Source: Callorhinchus milii (taxonomy: Eukaryota). From it: 64,000 bases of DNA. Below the pieces are notes generated by a model. The model saw only the letters and a program-made list of their open reading frames with translations. It ran no database searches and was not told where the DNA came from. The translations under genes and the position numbers were made by a program. Location of the stretch: the NCBI RefSeq assembly GCF_018977255.1, contig NW_024704743.1, positions 37,388,001 through 37,452,000 on the forward strand, given 5' to 3'. The first letter of the stretch is position 1. Every line of letters begins with the position of its first letter. Of this stretch, positions 13,801 through 26,910 are shown in pieces.

Positions 13801-16059
13801 TGGGAGAGCTTCTAAAATCAATCTTAAGTATGATCATTTTAGTTCTGCTAACAGAAATTCAAAGTCATCAAACTTTCACTACACATTAGTATGAATGACG
13901 TTTTGCCTGTCAACTGCATTTTGAAATCTACAATAAAGTCATAAAAAGGTTCTACATGGGCATTGCCAACTTGTTATTCCAACCACCTTATAAACATTAA
14001 GATGAAGAAAGATCCTCATGATTTTTGAAACAGCTACATTAATTATTAAAATTGATTTAATTTAGTAACAATTTCATTAGAAATCATTGCATTTAGAAAT
14101 CCAGACCACTTTGTTTTTGCGTCATTAAAATGATTGTCCATTGATACATATTAAGAGTGGTTTGAAATTAACAACTGGCCCATTTACCTTACACCATTAA
14201 GGATCAGCGATAGTGGGAAACTGACTGGTCCAGTGAACCACTGATAGCATCATAATGCCAGAGTGTTTACTGCACTCGGTCCCCTTATTGTACAGAACTT
14301 TACAAACCGTTGTTCAAAAAATTGTTTTGCATACAAATACAGGAAACATAATTTTTTATTTCCATACTGTTGTTAGACCAGCGTTTTTCATATCATACCT
14401 TTTGCCAACTACTAGGCCTACTGCCTAGCAGTTCTATGGTTTCAACCCTAATTGAGGGTTGTTGGCAGAATCAAATACAGATAGTACAGCCATATTGATT
14501 TGCCCTCATAAAAAATACTGGATTCTGTCAATGTAAATACCATTACAAAATCCTATCAGAATCAGATGTAGTATCAAGCAGTTCCACAACACTTTATGAT
14601 TATTACTAACTACTTACAGATATGGAATCAAGCGGTTATGGAGTTGAAGACCCTAAACCTACAAGACAAAAAAAACCCACAACGTATATATTCCACATCA
14701 AGTGCACATACATTAAGCCATACAGGTATATATAGTTCCCAGAACACTTACAGTGAAAAACATCTCCCTATAAACCTGTAGTGCATTGAAAACATGAATT
14801 AGTGTGACTATTTAATACGAAAGCATTTTAATAAAAACAAATCAATCACATTTTAAGCTGAAAATAAAGTTGATAACATTATATAAATTTTATTTCAGAT
14901 CAAGCTACAAACTGAAACATTTTTTTTAAAAAGGGTACAACAGCGATCAATTTGTTAAATATTTCTGCAGCAATGGCTGCAATTTACTTCAGCATAAAAT
15001 GTTATAATACAATATTGCAGCTAAGTTCATAATAACTGCAATAATTTCTTCTGGATTTTTCTCAGCTGGTAAGCTACCCTTGAACTAATTTAAACTTTCA
15101 ATGGTAAGGTTCTTTAGCTCTTGCTCCTTGTCATCATTTCTCTTCGTTTGAAAAACAATTGGTGTAGAAATATGTCATTAAGTAGAATTACAAATTTACT
15201 CAGAATAAACAGAATCATTGGTGTCATGGTGTTCACCCAAGCGGTTAATTAGTGATGCAGAAATAGTAATACTGAATCTTGAAATAGTTTGGAACACATC
15301 AGTGCAAACAGGTAGAATAGATTGGGTGGGACAGGCGGAATGGATCAGAGAGCACAGTGCAGGGCTTCAGACAGAATAAAGGCCTGACAAGATGGGCAAG
15401 ACTGTGCTGGAACATACAAATGCACGGCACAAGATTAGACCGGGTGGGCAACGGTTCAGATGGGTATTAAACAGGGAATGGGACAGATACACTAGGAAGA
15501 TAACATGGACTAAACCCAAGGTGGATCAAGCAAGAGTACTGGATTGATTATAAAGAAACTTGGCTATTGAGCAGATTTAAAAAACAGATTCTCAGCAGAG
15601 ATGGGGTTTTGGTGAAAAAAAAAGCCGATTTGCAAAACTAACTGTTATAATCAATTAGTTCTCTACATCATCAGATTTCTTTTTATGTCCCTTGAACATC
15701 TATTGTCTGGTTCAAACCTTTACATGTTCTACCTGCTCCCCCCTACTGCTAGCCCATCCCTATTCTTATCCATAAACGTGCACTCCCAGCAGAGGGCACT
15801 GTATTGTTTACGAGTACACACATTACCGATTTCCCCTTCCCTCAATATCTAGGGTGCCAAGGTCTGTTTTAGCACTCCTAGTGCCACCCAGCTAAGAACA
15901 GTTTGTGTGGCTGAATAGCTACTCTTATTTAAAAAAAATTGTATTGCACGCCTACGCCTCAACATTTTATCACGTTGATCTCAACGCATCTTACATATAC
16001 TATTAATGGCTTTCAGTACTTTAGCAGTACTGAAGTTGCTAGGAAAGTCAGTACTTTGA

Positions 16060-16220
16060 CTTACCATTTCACTAAAGGGTGGCACCTTAGATAAATGAGC
16101 ACTCTCACATTAGTGCACTGGAGCGTCGGCCTAGGTTATTTACTGAAGTCCTGATTTGGGGGACTTGCAATTCGCAAACTTTTGACCCAGAGGCAAGAGT
16201 GCTATCAAACTGAGCCAACT
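16060..16220 (-). mobile_element. DeuSINE (SacSINE1-like) 5' fragment
   Basis: Reverse-strand tggctcagtttgatagcactcttgcctctgggtcaaaag head matches the copy at 58700-59125. Confidence 0.6.
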
Positions 16221-17699
16221 CAGTATTCATGCAACTGAAGCATCACAATAGAGACTAACACATGGTTTAAATTTATAAATTCATAATACATTGACTAGAA
16301 TTGTTCTTGCTAAAGGCAGTGCACTCCATATCATTCTTAGTGCTAATGTTTAAAGCACTGGGAATGATATTCAACTGGTTATTAGGTAAGCTAAACAAAA
16401 AAAGACTTAAAATCTGTTATCACTAACCGGCTATCAAATGTACAACCTACTTTCAAGGATAGTGGCATTGAGAACATTGCTGAGTTAGGGATGGGAAAGA
16501 AAGGACTCAAGCCTCTGGCACATAAGGGTACATTCTAATTTCCAATTTAAACATGCAAGATACCAATGTATTCATGTGACTGAAGCAACATTTTGAATAT
16601 AGCAGCCGAGCTACCAAGAGCCAAGGCATTTCTACGTGCCCTGGTTTAAAAATGGGGAAAACCAGAATATACCCACCCGTCCACCAAACCTCCATCCGGC
16701 ATGATTGCCCTTCACTAAGTTCTAACTCTTCCTCCTCTTGATCGGTCTGCAAGCAACCAAACCAGAAGCAACTACACTCTCACCTATGGCTAACATTTTA
16801 TACAAATACCCAGTTAGCTTTCCACATATTTGAGTGTGACATGCCAGACCGACTCATCCAGGCATGTAAACTTTGCAAACGGTGTTCCATTTTGATGTCA
16901 GGAGCTCTGTTAATGATCATAAATTTCCCCAACGTGGACAACACTGGGGTTGGATGGATGTTAATGCAATGGGTATAGCTAGTGCCACGAACCATTTTTA
17001 CATGCAATTGCACTTCCCCACGGGGGTGGGATGGTGGTGGTGGTGGAGGGGTGGGGGTTGTATTAACCACGAGGTGTACCACATGACCCAGTATCATACT
17101 TCTGTTATCTCTCTCTCTCTCTCTCTTTTTATGTACATTTCCGAGACCGGAAACAAAAACATTCTACACCAAAAAAAAACGAAGCGCTCAGAAAAATACC
17201 CTAACCCTCCCCACCCCCCCCCCCAGCCTCCCCCCCCCCACCGCCCCCCAACTCACATCCACCTCAAACCTCAACGTCGAGCCACTCTTTTTTTTGAAAC
17301 CTCGGGGTTTGCCTCTCAACCTAAATAACCGCAGTAAAACACATCTGCCTCTCCCGCCTCCTTTCCGCTCCCTAAACTGCTCGGTTCGCCTGTCCCGGAG
17401 GGTGGGGGTGGGGGTGGGGGGTGGGGGGGGGGGTGGGGGCTGTGGCTCAGGTTGGTTTCTCCGCATTTTTTTAAATTAAAAATCAAAAAAATCAAAAGAT
17501 CGCCCCAAACAGCGACGCCCGTGTGGGTGTGTGTGGGTGTGTGTGTGTGCGCGTTTTTTGCAATGTTAACCTCGGCGCACAACTGTCGCATTCCTCCTCA
17601 GTGACAGCATGAGACCCGATATACAAGGAGTCGGGGGGGGGGGGGGGTCACTCTCCCTCTTAAACCACCGCCTCGCCCCACCCCACCCCACCCCAGGGG

Positions 17700-17702
17700 C
17701 CG

Positions 17703-17733
<31 letters not shown>

Positions 17734-18300
17734 CTCTCCCTCCTCCCCCTCCCCCCCTCTCTCTCCCCCCTCCTCTCCCCTCTCTCTCCCCCCTTCTCTC
17801 TCCCCCCTTCTCTCTCCCCCTCTCTCTCGCTCCCCCTCCCTCCCCCTCTCTCTCTCCCCCTCTCTCTCCCCCTTCTCTCTCTCTCGCTCCCCCTCCCTCC
17901 GCCCCCCCTCTCTCTCCCCCCTTCTCTCTCTCTCTCGCTCCCCCTCCCTCCCCCCCTCTCTCTCTCCCCCTTCTCTCTCTCTCCCCCCTTCTCTCTCTCT
18001 CTCCCCCCTTCTCTCTCTCTCCCCCCCTCCCTCCCCCCTCTCTCTCCCCCCTCCTCCCTCCTCCCCTCCCCCTCTCTCTCTCCATCCTTCTCTCTATCCT
18101 CCCCTCCCCCTCTCTCTCCCCCCTCCCCCCCTCTCTCTCTCCCTCCCTCCTCTCCCCCCCCTCTCTCTCCCTCCCTCCCCCCTCTCTCCCTCCCCTCTCC
18201 CCCTCCCCCTCTCTCCCTCCCTCCTCCCCCTCCCTCCCCCTCTCTCTCCCTCCCCCTCTCCCCCCTCTCTCTCTCCTCCCCCCTCTCCCCCGTCTCTCGG
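17700..18300. repeat. ~600-bp near-pure (C/T) polypyrimidine/polypurine tract
   Basis: Almost exclusively C/T on +; source of the Pro/Ser- and Glu/Arg/Gly-rich spurious ORFs. Confidence 0.95.
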
Positions 18301-18375
18301 CATCTAAAACAATTGCCTCCCGTAACGAAACGCCCCGCACGGCAAACCAGGGGCCCGCGGCCCGCAAGATGTCGG

Positions 18376-18416
<41 letters not shown>

Positions 18417-19129
18417 GTGTGTGTGTGTGCGTGTGGTGTGGGGGGGGGGGGGGAGGAGAGAAATGCACCATCCAGGTCCCCCGGTACTCTAATGTAAAAA
18501 CACTGGGGAGGGGAGGAAGGAGAAGGGGAAAGAGTGAGCGGGTGCAGGCCGGAGCCTTTTCCCAGCCCACCATCGGGGAGGGGGAGGGGGAGTGTGAGTG
18601 CTCGTTGTTGGGTGATGGTTGGGGAGGGGAGGGTTTGGGGGTGTTATATCATCCCCTCTCTTCTCCTCCTTCAAAGTCACTGTGATGAGGAGGAGGTCGC
18701 TCTGCGGGGTCCCCGGGGTGGTGGTGGTGGGGGGGGGGGGAAGAAGAGACATTAAGAGGAAGTGGGGAATGATGGGGAGAAAGCAGCGGATTAAAGAAGA
18801 CCCCCCCCCCACCCCCCCACACACAAAAAAACATTTTTTTGGGATCGGATTTATTTATTTTTTTCTAAAACGATGGGGTGGTGGGGGGTGGGGGGGGGGA
18901 GAAAAAAATATGCAAAACGACCGCCGCTCTCTCTCTCTCTCTCTCTCTCCACCTTCCCCTCTCTCCATCCTCCCCTCTCTCTTCCCCCCCCCACTCTTCC
19001 TTCCTTCCTTCCGCTCACTCACTCACTCCTCCGTCCCGTCCCCCCCGGGACCCCCACGCGCCGCGCCACCTCGCCGGCATCACCCGGTGCCCTTAACCGC
19101 GCCGTTAAACGACGGAATTGTACTGACCT

Positions 19130-19144
19130 GTTGCCCGCGGTAAC
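19130..19144. promoter_or_regulatory. RFX X-box
   Basis: GTTGCC-CGC-GGTAAC fits GTNRCC(N0-3)RGYAAC on both strands. Confidence 0.65.
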
Positions 19145-19183
19145 GACAGAGGCTGCATGATGGCGGTTGTGAAGCTAGGCGTG

Positions 19184-19632
19184 TGACGTCACCGGAACCT
19201 TGCCGCCGATCCGTCCTGCAGCTCTCCCCCCCCCCCCTCTCCTCCTCCTCTGGTCCTAACGCCGCTTTCAAAAAAAAATTTTTTTTTTTTTTTTTTTTGG
19301 GGGGGAAAAAATATTGTTGGGGCCCCAAGTAAATAAAAGGCAACGGCAGCGGAGTTCTATCCGGTAGGGAGCGAGAGGGCAAACAGAGGAGAGCGGCACG
19401 CGCGCGGCTGGACAAATAAAGGACGCCTTTAATTTTCAGCCAGTGATATCACCCCCGGCCGCTCAGCAGATAGATGGGGAGGCAGGGGGGGAGAGAGAGA
19501 GAGAGAGAGAGAGGGCCACGCGGACCGTCTGACGTCAGAATACGCGCGGGCTGTCTGCGCGCCTGTACGTAGTGGAGGTTGACGTCACACAGGCTTGGAG
19601 GGGGCACGTGCTGGGGGGCAAAGGGGGCGGGG
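19184..19632. promoter_or_regulatory. Three palindromic CRE sites plus E-box and GC box
   Basis: TGACGTCA at 19184, 19530 and 19580; CCGGAA at 19192; CACGTG at 19605; GGGGCGGGG at 19624. Confidence 0.7.
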
Positions 19633-19661
19633 ACATTCCAGAGCCACCAGGGAAGTGATAG
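19540..19661 (+). other. Probable non-coding first exon of the + strand gene (start approximate)
   Basis: Consensus donor AG|GTGAGT at the edge of the CpG island. Confidence 0.5.
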
Positions 19662-19669
19662 GTGAGTGA

Positions 19670-19990
19670 GACACACAAACACACATACACACATACATAG
19701 TGTCCACACAAACATACATACACACATACATAGTGTCCACACAAACATACATACACACATACATAGTGTCCACACAAACATACATACACACATACATAGT
19801 GTCCACACATACATACACACATACATACATACATAGTGTCCACACAAACATACATACAAACAGTGTCCATACATACATACATAGTGTCCACACAAACATT
19901 ACATACATTGTGTCCACACAAACATACATACATACATTGTGTCCACACAAACATACATACATACATTGTGTCCACACATACATACATTCT
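19670..19990. repeat. 33-bp minisatellite (catacatagtgtccacacaaacatacatacaca)n, decaying
   Basis: gtgtcc recurs at 19700, 19733, 19766 and 19799, then at irregular spacing. Confidence 0.9.
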
Positions 19991-20229
19991 CTGTTCATAT
20001 ACACACACAGTACCCACACACACACATATATATTTAGGTTGTATATATGAAACATATACATACCATCATTATGCACAGGCACACATACACATAGCATGTT
20101 ATGTTATACACATAGTATGTATGTTATACACACATACACACATAGTACAACAACAACAACATTACATTTATAGAGCGCCTTTCACGTCGGGAGGACGTCC
20201 CAAAGTATCCCTAAATACATGTGCAAGAT

Positions 20230-21980
20230 CACAAGATTGGTCTGGATGAAGAAGGCAATTCATCCATTTGATCTCATCCCTCCAGAACACCCACCCTACC
20301 GTCCTCCCGTCACTGCATCAGGTTGTTTTTTAAATGAGTCTGGTGCCCTGGTCTTTCCTGGCAACCTGTTCCAGACATTGATTATCCTCGATGTAAACAA
20401 ACACGTCCCGATATCTGTCCTGAATTGCCTTTAACAACTCTAACCCTGTGTCTTTCTTGAATGCTCCTCTCCCCCACTCCCATCAAAAAAAAATAGGGAA
20501 GGTACAATATTTTAAATATATGTATTCTACATATGTGAGCAGTGATTAAGTACAACAGTTTTATGGGACAACACAAGAGGGAATAGTGGATCTCTTGTAT
20601 CTTAATTTTTTCAACCAGTCTTTTATGTGGAATTTTATCAAATATCTTCTGAAAATAACATACTCAACATCAGCTACAACATCAGCTACATTCTCTATAT
20701 CTTTATACTTGGACATAATCAAAAAAATTTACTAAATTAGTAAAATATTTCCTTCTATTTACAATTCATGCTGACATTCCTGCATCAATCCTTGCTTTTC
20801 AATGTTCACATTTTCCATCCCCTTTTACAGTCTCTGCAAATGTACACACAAGTGAATAGGCCTCTAATTTCCCTGACATCTTTTTCTCTTTTCTGATCAG
20901 GCTGCAGTATTTGCCACCTTCCAATCTTTTGGCATAATCTCCATTTCCAAAGATCTTTTGAAAATCAGGGCCATTGCATCCTCCCCCAGACTCCTTCAAT
21001 ATTGTGGAATGTGTACCATCCGGTCCTAGAGACTTGGCTACTTGTAAGTTGATATAAAGTTTTAAATGCTGTTTCCCAATTAATATTTAGTTTCGGTAGA
21101 ACACTCTTTCACATCTTCCTCTGGTGTACAGTTCCACTTTCATCTTTGTCTGTAAAAAAAAGAAACATAGTACTTATTAAGCATATCTGTCATTCCTTCG
21201 TTCTCAGTAAAAGATTGCTTCCAGAAGTAGATCCACCCTTTTTTACTGTCCTATTTTTTGTGCTTCTGAAAAGCCCTTGCTATTACTCATTATGGTGACA
21301 TTGAAGCATGTTTGTACTTCTTTTAGCCTTTCACATCTCACTTTTTTCTTCAAGTGTTAATATTTTTCATGTTTTTTCTATATTATTTGTTCTGTATTCA
21401 TCAAACAGAATATGTTCTAATCCCCGTGTTTGCTCTAATCTACCAATATAGCCATGGATACTTTGATGCACCACTTTTATTCTTTTTTAGGATGAATGCA
21501 AGGATTGTTATTACTATTTAACCAGAACCCTAAGAATCTCATATTTAAATATTTCCCACTTTATTTGCCAATTTCTCCAAACAATTTATATGAGGTCGAT
21601 TTTCCTTCCTCTCTCAGAAATGGGCTATTTCCAGTTCAACATATTAATTCATTTTTCTTTCTCTATTTTCATTGTGAACCTAATTAGGTTACTGTCATTA
21701 TTTGCTAAATGTTCTCTACTTTTACTTTACTTATTTGTCCCAGTTCATTACCTCAAACCAGATCTAGCGCTCTTGTTGGATTTATGATATATAGATTAAG
21801 GAAACAGTTCTCATATTTGTCCAATGCATTTGCCATATCCCAGTCAACCCTGATAGGTTTAAAGTCTCTTACTATACTTTTTTTCTTATTTTGGTTTCCA
21901 CTATCCATTATTACAACTCTATTATCACTACAAATTCTAAAATGCCTTCAAATCTTGTCTTCTCACACCTTCCTATAAAC
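20230..21980 (-). mobile_element. Old degenerate CR1 LINE (EN/RT region)
   Basis: Reverse-strand remnants of GPDG.H and W..AN motifs around 20900-21030; CR1-like 3' end near 20230-20450. Confidence 0.55.
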
Positions 21981-22794
21981 GTACTCTTAGTATTGTTAAC
22001 CACTTCCCCTTCTTTCTGCCTTACTGTTTCTCTCTATCAGGGGGAGGATGGTGGTGGTGAGTAACTTGGAACTTGAGGAAGACCAGCTTTGTACTCATGT
22101 TTTTATGTTGATTCATCCTGAACATACTAGTATCTAGAATTTTATACATTATATAGGGCTTTATATCAACAACTGAACTAGAAACTTTGACAACCCTAAA
22201 TTAACATTTTGTAAACCACTTTTTAACCTCAAATTTAGCAAAAAATTATGCTCAGTGCCTAATTCTTTCTCAATAACAATGTATTATTCTTAGTTTATTC
22301 TGTCGCTGATATTTTAGTCCATTGGCTCTCATACTCAGTTTGTCTCTAGCTCAGCTCCTTGTTTTAATACTTTGAGATAAAAACAAGATTCATCTTGTTC
22401 CTCTACCAATTATCCAGTTTGGAGTTTTTTTTAAAATAAATGTTTGGAAGAATTACAATACTGTGGTAATGTGGGTTTGCTGATAATGCAAATTCATACA
22501 TTTGTATGAGATGTAAAACAACAGCAAATTGCATTTATATAGCGCCTTTTATGTCGGGAGTACACCCAAGCTTGGGAGTTAGCATAATCAACCCCGGATG
22601 TAATGAAAGCATAGATAAGGAAAGGTTTCAGCAGCCTGAGGGGAGGAATAGTGGCAGACATTGGAAACGTTGCAGAGGTGGAGGAAGGCGGAACTGGTAA
22701 TGGCACAAGAAGAAGAATCTTGCCTCCAGTGACAGGTCTGCCCTTCCAAGTCCTGCCAAAGAATAGGCCACAGTTGGCCTTCGCCTTCGCGAAG

Positions 22795-23042
22795 TGCCTT
22801 CTCCAGTGCCTTCGCCTTGCCTCCTCCCTTTCCTCCTTCAAGGCCAGTCTCAAGACCTTTCTCTTTGACCGTGCCTTCAGCTCCGCTCTCGAATCTCTAC
22901 CCCCTCCTTGCTCCCTCCCCTCCCTCCCCTCACCCTGACCATTTCCCCCCTGCTCAGGTCCTGACCCAACTGTACAGCGCCTTGGGACGTCCTTCCGACG
23001 TGAAAGGCGCTCTATAAAATGGAATCTTGTTGTTGTTGTTGT
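22795..23042 (+). mobile_element. L2 3' fragment (young subfamily)
   Basis: Near-identical to 150-435, including the stem-loop and (tgt)n tail. Confidence 0.85.
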
Positions 23043-23363
23043 AGAGTAACTTTAGGTCATGATAATTTCTTCTGTAGATTTAAGTCCATTTGCTCTAAAA
23101 TCAGTTGAGATAAAAACACTAAATGATTGCACAGTTTGATAAGAGTGTATACACAAGCATAGTCTTTGTGTGAACTCGTAATGTGCAGGTATCTACTGAT
23201 AATCTAAAATACCAAAAAGTGAATGAGAGAAATTGTTAGATAACCCTGAATGGCAAATGTACCATGTTCTATAATTGGAGCACACAAGAGAGAGAATGCA
23301 CACCTGCACATGTGTTTCTTTCAAATATTTTCTGTTTTACATTTCTTTCACCATCCTCTTTGG

Positions 23364-23855
23364 GGGAGTAGTAAGTGGGGTCTCCTTGGGGCTGAGCTGG
23401 ATCCAAAGTGACATGAGCAACAGATTGTTGAAACCAGGTCACTCCTCTGTGGCGGTCTTGGTAGTTTGCTTCTTGTGCCAGAGTTCTGCAGTACTCTAAA
23501 GCACTGCTAATGATAGACCGGTCAGGCTGCCTTATCGGCAGGACTTGGAGAGACAGAACAGCCACTGTCTTCCCATGTGGCTTCTATTAACCTTGCAAGC
23601 CAAACAGTGCTTTCAATGACACGCTTTTCAGCATTAGCTGGTTGAACTCCAGCTGTACCCCAAAGCACACTCTGGGGACCCCAAACAATAGCTCTTGCTA
23701 ATCTGTGACTAATACTCTCTGGATTTAGCCAAACAAGTTGCGTACTTCCAGGAAGACACATATCATTCCAATATGCAGAATTTCCATTTGTAGGTGGCAT
23801 TCATATGTGGGTTTCCCAGTCTGGTTTGGATACTCTTAAGCATGCAGCATTCCTT
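23364..23855 (-). repeat. Unclassified ~550-bp interspersed repeat (family Y), copy 1
   Basis: Reverse complement matches 26455-26910, 57950-58490 and 60590-61070. Confidence 0.75.
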
Positions 23856-24262
23856 AGGGTTCGTGACAAGTTTGACAGTGGAACAGCCTTCAGTCATTCT
23901 GCCCTGCTCCCTGGACCTCTCCAACTTGGAGTCCACGTATCTTACCACCTTCTTCTCCATCTTCAAAATGGGCCTTAAGACTTGTATGTGACTGAACTAT
24001 CCACCACCTATTCCCCTCCCTTCCTCAACTCACCCCCAACTCAGGCTTCCAACTCAGTCCCCCATGCAGTTGTGTTTAGTGCATAAAGATGTCCTTCCAA
24101 ATGTCAAAGGCACCATATAATAATAATAATCCTTGCATTTGATATAGTGCCTTATCACGTCTTTGAGACGTCTCAAAGCGCTTCACAGAATTGACTGTAT
24201 ATTTTTAAATACTACGCAATGAGAAATTCGGATTCTTTAATGGTATCGCATTTATTGAATTA

Positions 24263-24799
24263 CTAGCTGTGCCCGTTGCGACTTCACTTGCAACCAAAGG
24301 ATCCAATATGGAATGTAGATTGTCACACAGACAGATACACAGACAGACATTTCATCTTTATCATTTCTCATCTGGGAGGACTCCTGTGGGAGGACTTCTT
24401 TTGGGAGGACTCAGTGGGAAGACTCGGCCCTTTAAAAATGTAATTTTGTTGTTGTTGCTGCGGCTTAGCTTTGGCTGCGTTCTTTATTTGTTCCAGACGC
24501 TTGGCTTCATACGTGCCTGGCTACGTATGTTCCAGACGCTTGGCTACGTAATAATCCTTGCATTTGATATAGCGCTCTTCACGTCTTCTTGATGTCTCAA
24601 AGCGCTTCACAGAATAGACTGTAAAGTGAATTGACTGTATATTTGTGGGTGAATATATGTACACGTCATTCCCAGATGCAAGACGTTTCCAATGAGGTAT
24701 AAATCATGCCTCTACATCAATCGGTTATTGAGATCCTTCTTGAAGCGCAGACAGACATTGTCAGTTTATTAGTATAAGGTATATATATGATAAGATAGA
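24263..24799 (-). mobile_element. Non-autonomous Helitron-like element with a SINE tail inserted at 24549-24655
   Basis: 3' CTAG|T at 24263-24266; 7-bp hairpin at 24275-24294, 8 nt inside; (ctgt)n microsatellite; AT-rich 5' end starting TC after an A (exact 5' end 24790-24812). Confidence 0.6.
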
Positions 24800-26454
24800 T
24801 AGAAGAAAAAGATGATGTGCTGGCATTGAATTGATTTCAACGGCAGTTCCACATTTGGGAATCTCTGATACAGTTACCAATTGTTGGCATGAACACCATG
24901 ATTAATTTGCTTCCTATCCATCAACTATTATTAACCAATACTTTCCCAATTTTGTTTTCATCCTTTTCTAATACTAATCCCATATACTCTTCTCCTTTTG
25001 GCAATTCTGACATGTCTCTCTTCCTCTCTTCTTTCCCGACCCCATTCCATCCCTCTCTTCATATTGATTCCTCTCATCTTCTTAGCTCCATTAAACTTCT
25101 CTGATCCATGCATCACTATGTGTGCCCTATTTATCTTCATGGCCAGCAGGATGCTGGTGTTGAGTTTCTTCTTCATTAGTAGTGTACGTTTTTCACAAGG
25201 CCTAGCCTGAGCTGATCCTCCCATTTCATCAGAATAGAAACTGTGTGAGGGCACAGCACCAGGAAACTGAGCCTTCAGCCTTACCTGACACCCCCCCCCC
25301 CCCCCAGCCCCCCGCTCACCCATCTCATTCCCTCTGTAGAAAACCCCACTTCAACAACATCAAAAAATTACATTTGTATAGTGCCTTCCAAATCAGGAGG
25401 ATGTCTCAAAGCACTGCCCCCACTGTGCTTCAAGCAATCAAATTGCAATTGTGAACAAGAATGAAAATTTAATTGAATGACTGGCCGCTGAACTGCACGA
25501 TTACCCAGAATTCGGCCAGCATCTGCATGATGCAGATAAAAGCTTTATCTTTAATCTGTAATTGCAGATGCAGACTATATTCGGACTGCGCTTTGCCACT
25601 TGGAAATCTGACCCACAACAAATGACACTGAACATTACATGCATTTGTTTGTGTGTTTGTGTGTGTGTGTGTCTGTGTTGGGGGGGTGGGGGAATAGAGA
25701 GAGAACAGTTACAGAATGCCAAACTCAATATATTTTAGATGAAAATGTTAGAGGAGCATTTGCTGTTACATTATATTTGGCCATCTCACTTCTTGGTAAA
25801 CAACTGTAAAATTATTTCCAGATGCACTGTGCCATCATTAACACAAGTCATTAATCCTTCAATATGAATGTGTCATTGAGTAAAGAGCATGCAGGGTGCT
25901 GGCAGTCAACATTGTTGAGCCAAATGCAGTGACAACCACTGTTGGGCCAAAAGTAGAATTTAAATCAAATGAAACCAAACTATAACGTTAGTAGTTTATA
26001 TATTATTAAAGTAATATTTGGAATGGAAGTGTTTACAAGGTATTGACCTAAATCTGGGGTTTAAATGACTTTCAAGGAATACTTTTTAATTTTCACTAAA
26101 TCCTCCTGTGTCCCCCAACCACCCACCTCAGATTTGATTGCTGTTTTGGAAACATTCCCAGTTATCTGCTATTCTCAACAGATCTGGTGTCACGGCCAGT
26201 AAATGAAGGAGTTATGAAAGGGGTCTGGCCTTGAAAACTCATGAATCACAAAGGCACCAAGCTTCAATCATTGCAATTGCATTTATCTGCTATTTAACAT
26301 TATTTTATGGCTTTGAAAAGGATTTTATGAGCAAAAATGGCTGGTTTATCTTCCAGGAAGAAACAGAATGATTGAGGACTCTTGTTTTTTGATCATGTAG
26401 ATACCATTTTGGTGCTTAAGAGAATCCAAACCAAAGCTTTCTGTGGCAAACAAA

Positions 26455-26910
26455 ACTTACAGTTCCATGCATCCCACCTCTATGTGGAAATTCACTCGTA
26501 ATGTACCTGCTTAAATAATTCCAGAGAGTATTAGGCGCAGGTTGGCAAGAACCAATGCTTCAGGACACCATAATGTGCTTTGGGATACTGCTGGTGTTTA
26601 ACCAGCTAAAATTACATAGCTTGTCTTTGAAAACACTGTTTGTCTAGCTAGGACCACCCTGCCCATTAGGGCTTTGACTTGAGCGGTTATCAGGAAGAAT
26701 CCCTGTCCTCAGTGTCTGCCTCACCAAGTCCTGTCAATGAGCCAGGCTGGCTGGGCCATCATCAGCAGTGCCCTGGAATACAGTGGAATACAGATTGGCT
26801 CAAGAACCGCACTACCAAGACCACTACAGAGGATTGACTCGATTCTGATATTCTGTTGCCAAGCAAGTCACCTTGGAGCCAGTTCAGCTCCAAGGAGACC
26901 TCACTTACCT
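26455..26910 (+). repeat. Family Y repeat, copy 2
   Basis: Shared blocks tactgctgg..ttaaccagcta, catcagcagtgccctggaa and ccaaggagacctcacttacc. Confidence 0.75.

Larger units (their letters stand above)
17140..19661. promoter_or_regulatory. CpG island, probable bidirectional promoter
   Basis: CpG-dense relative to flanks; outward-facing first-exon donors at 19127 (-, cag|gtcagt) and 19662 (+, ag|gtgagt). Confidence 0.75.

Noticed and set aside
17609..18367. 232-aa and 235-aa ORFs on opposite strands
   Set aside because: Translations of the C/T low-complexity tract, which cannot contain stop codons
19449..20249. Several Cys/Val/Met/Tyr- or His/Thr-rich ORFs and a CRISPR-like periodicity
   Set aside because: 33-bp minisatellite with no unique spacers, in a eukaryotic context
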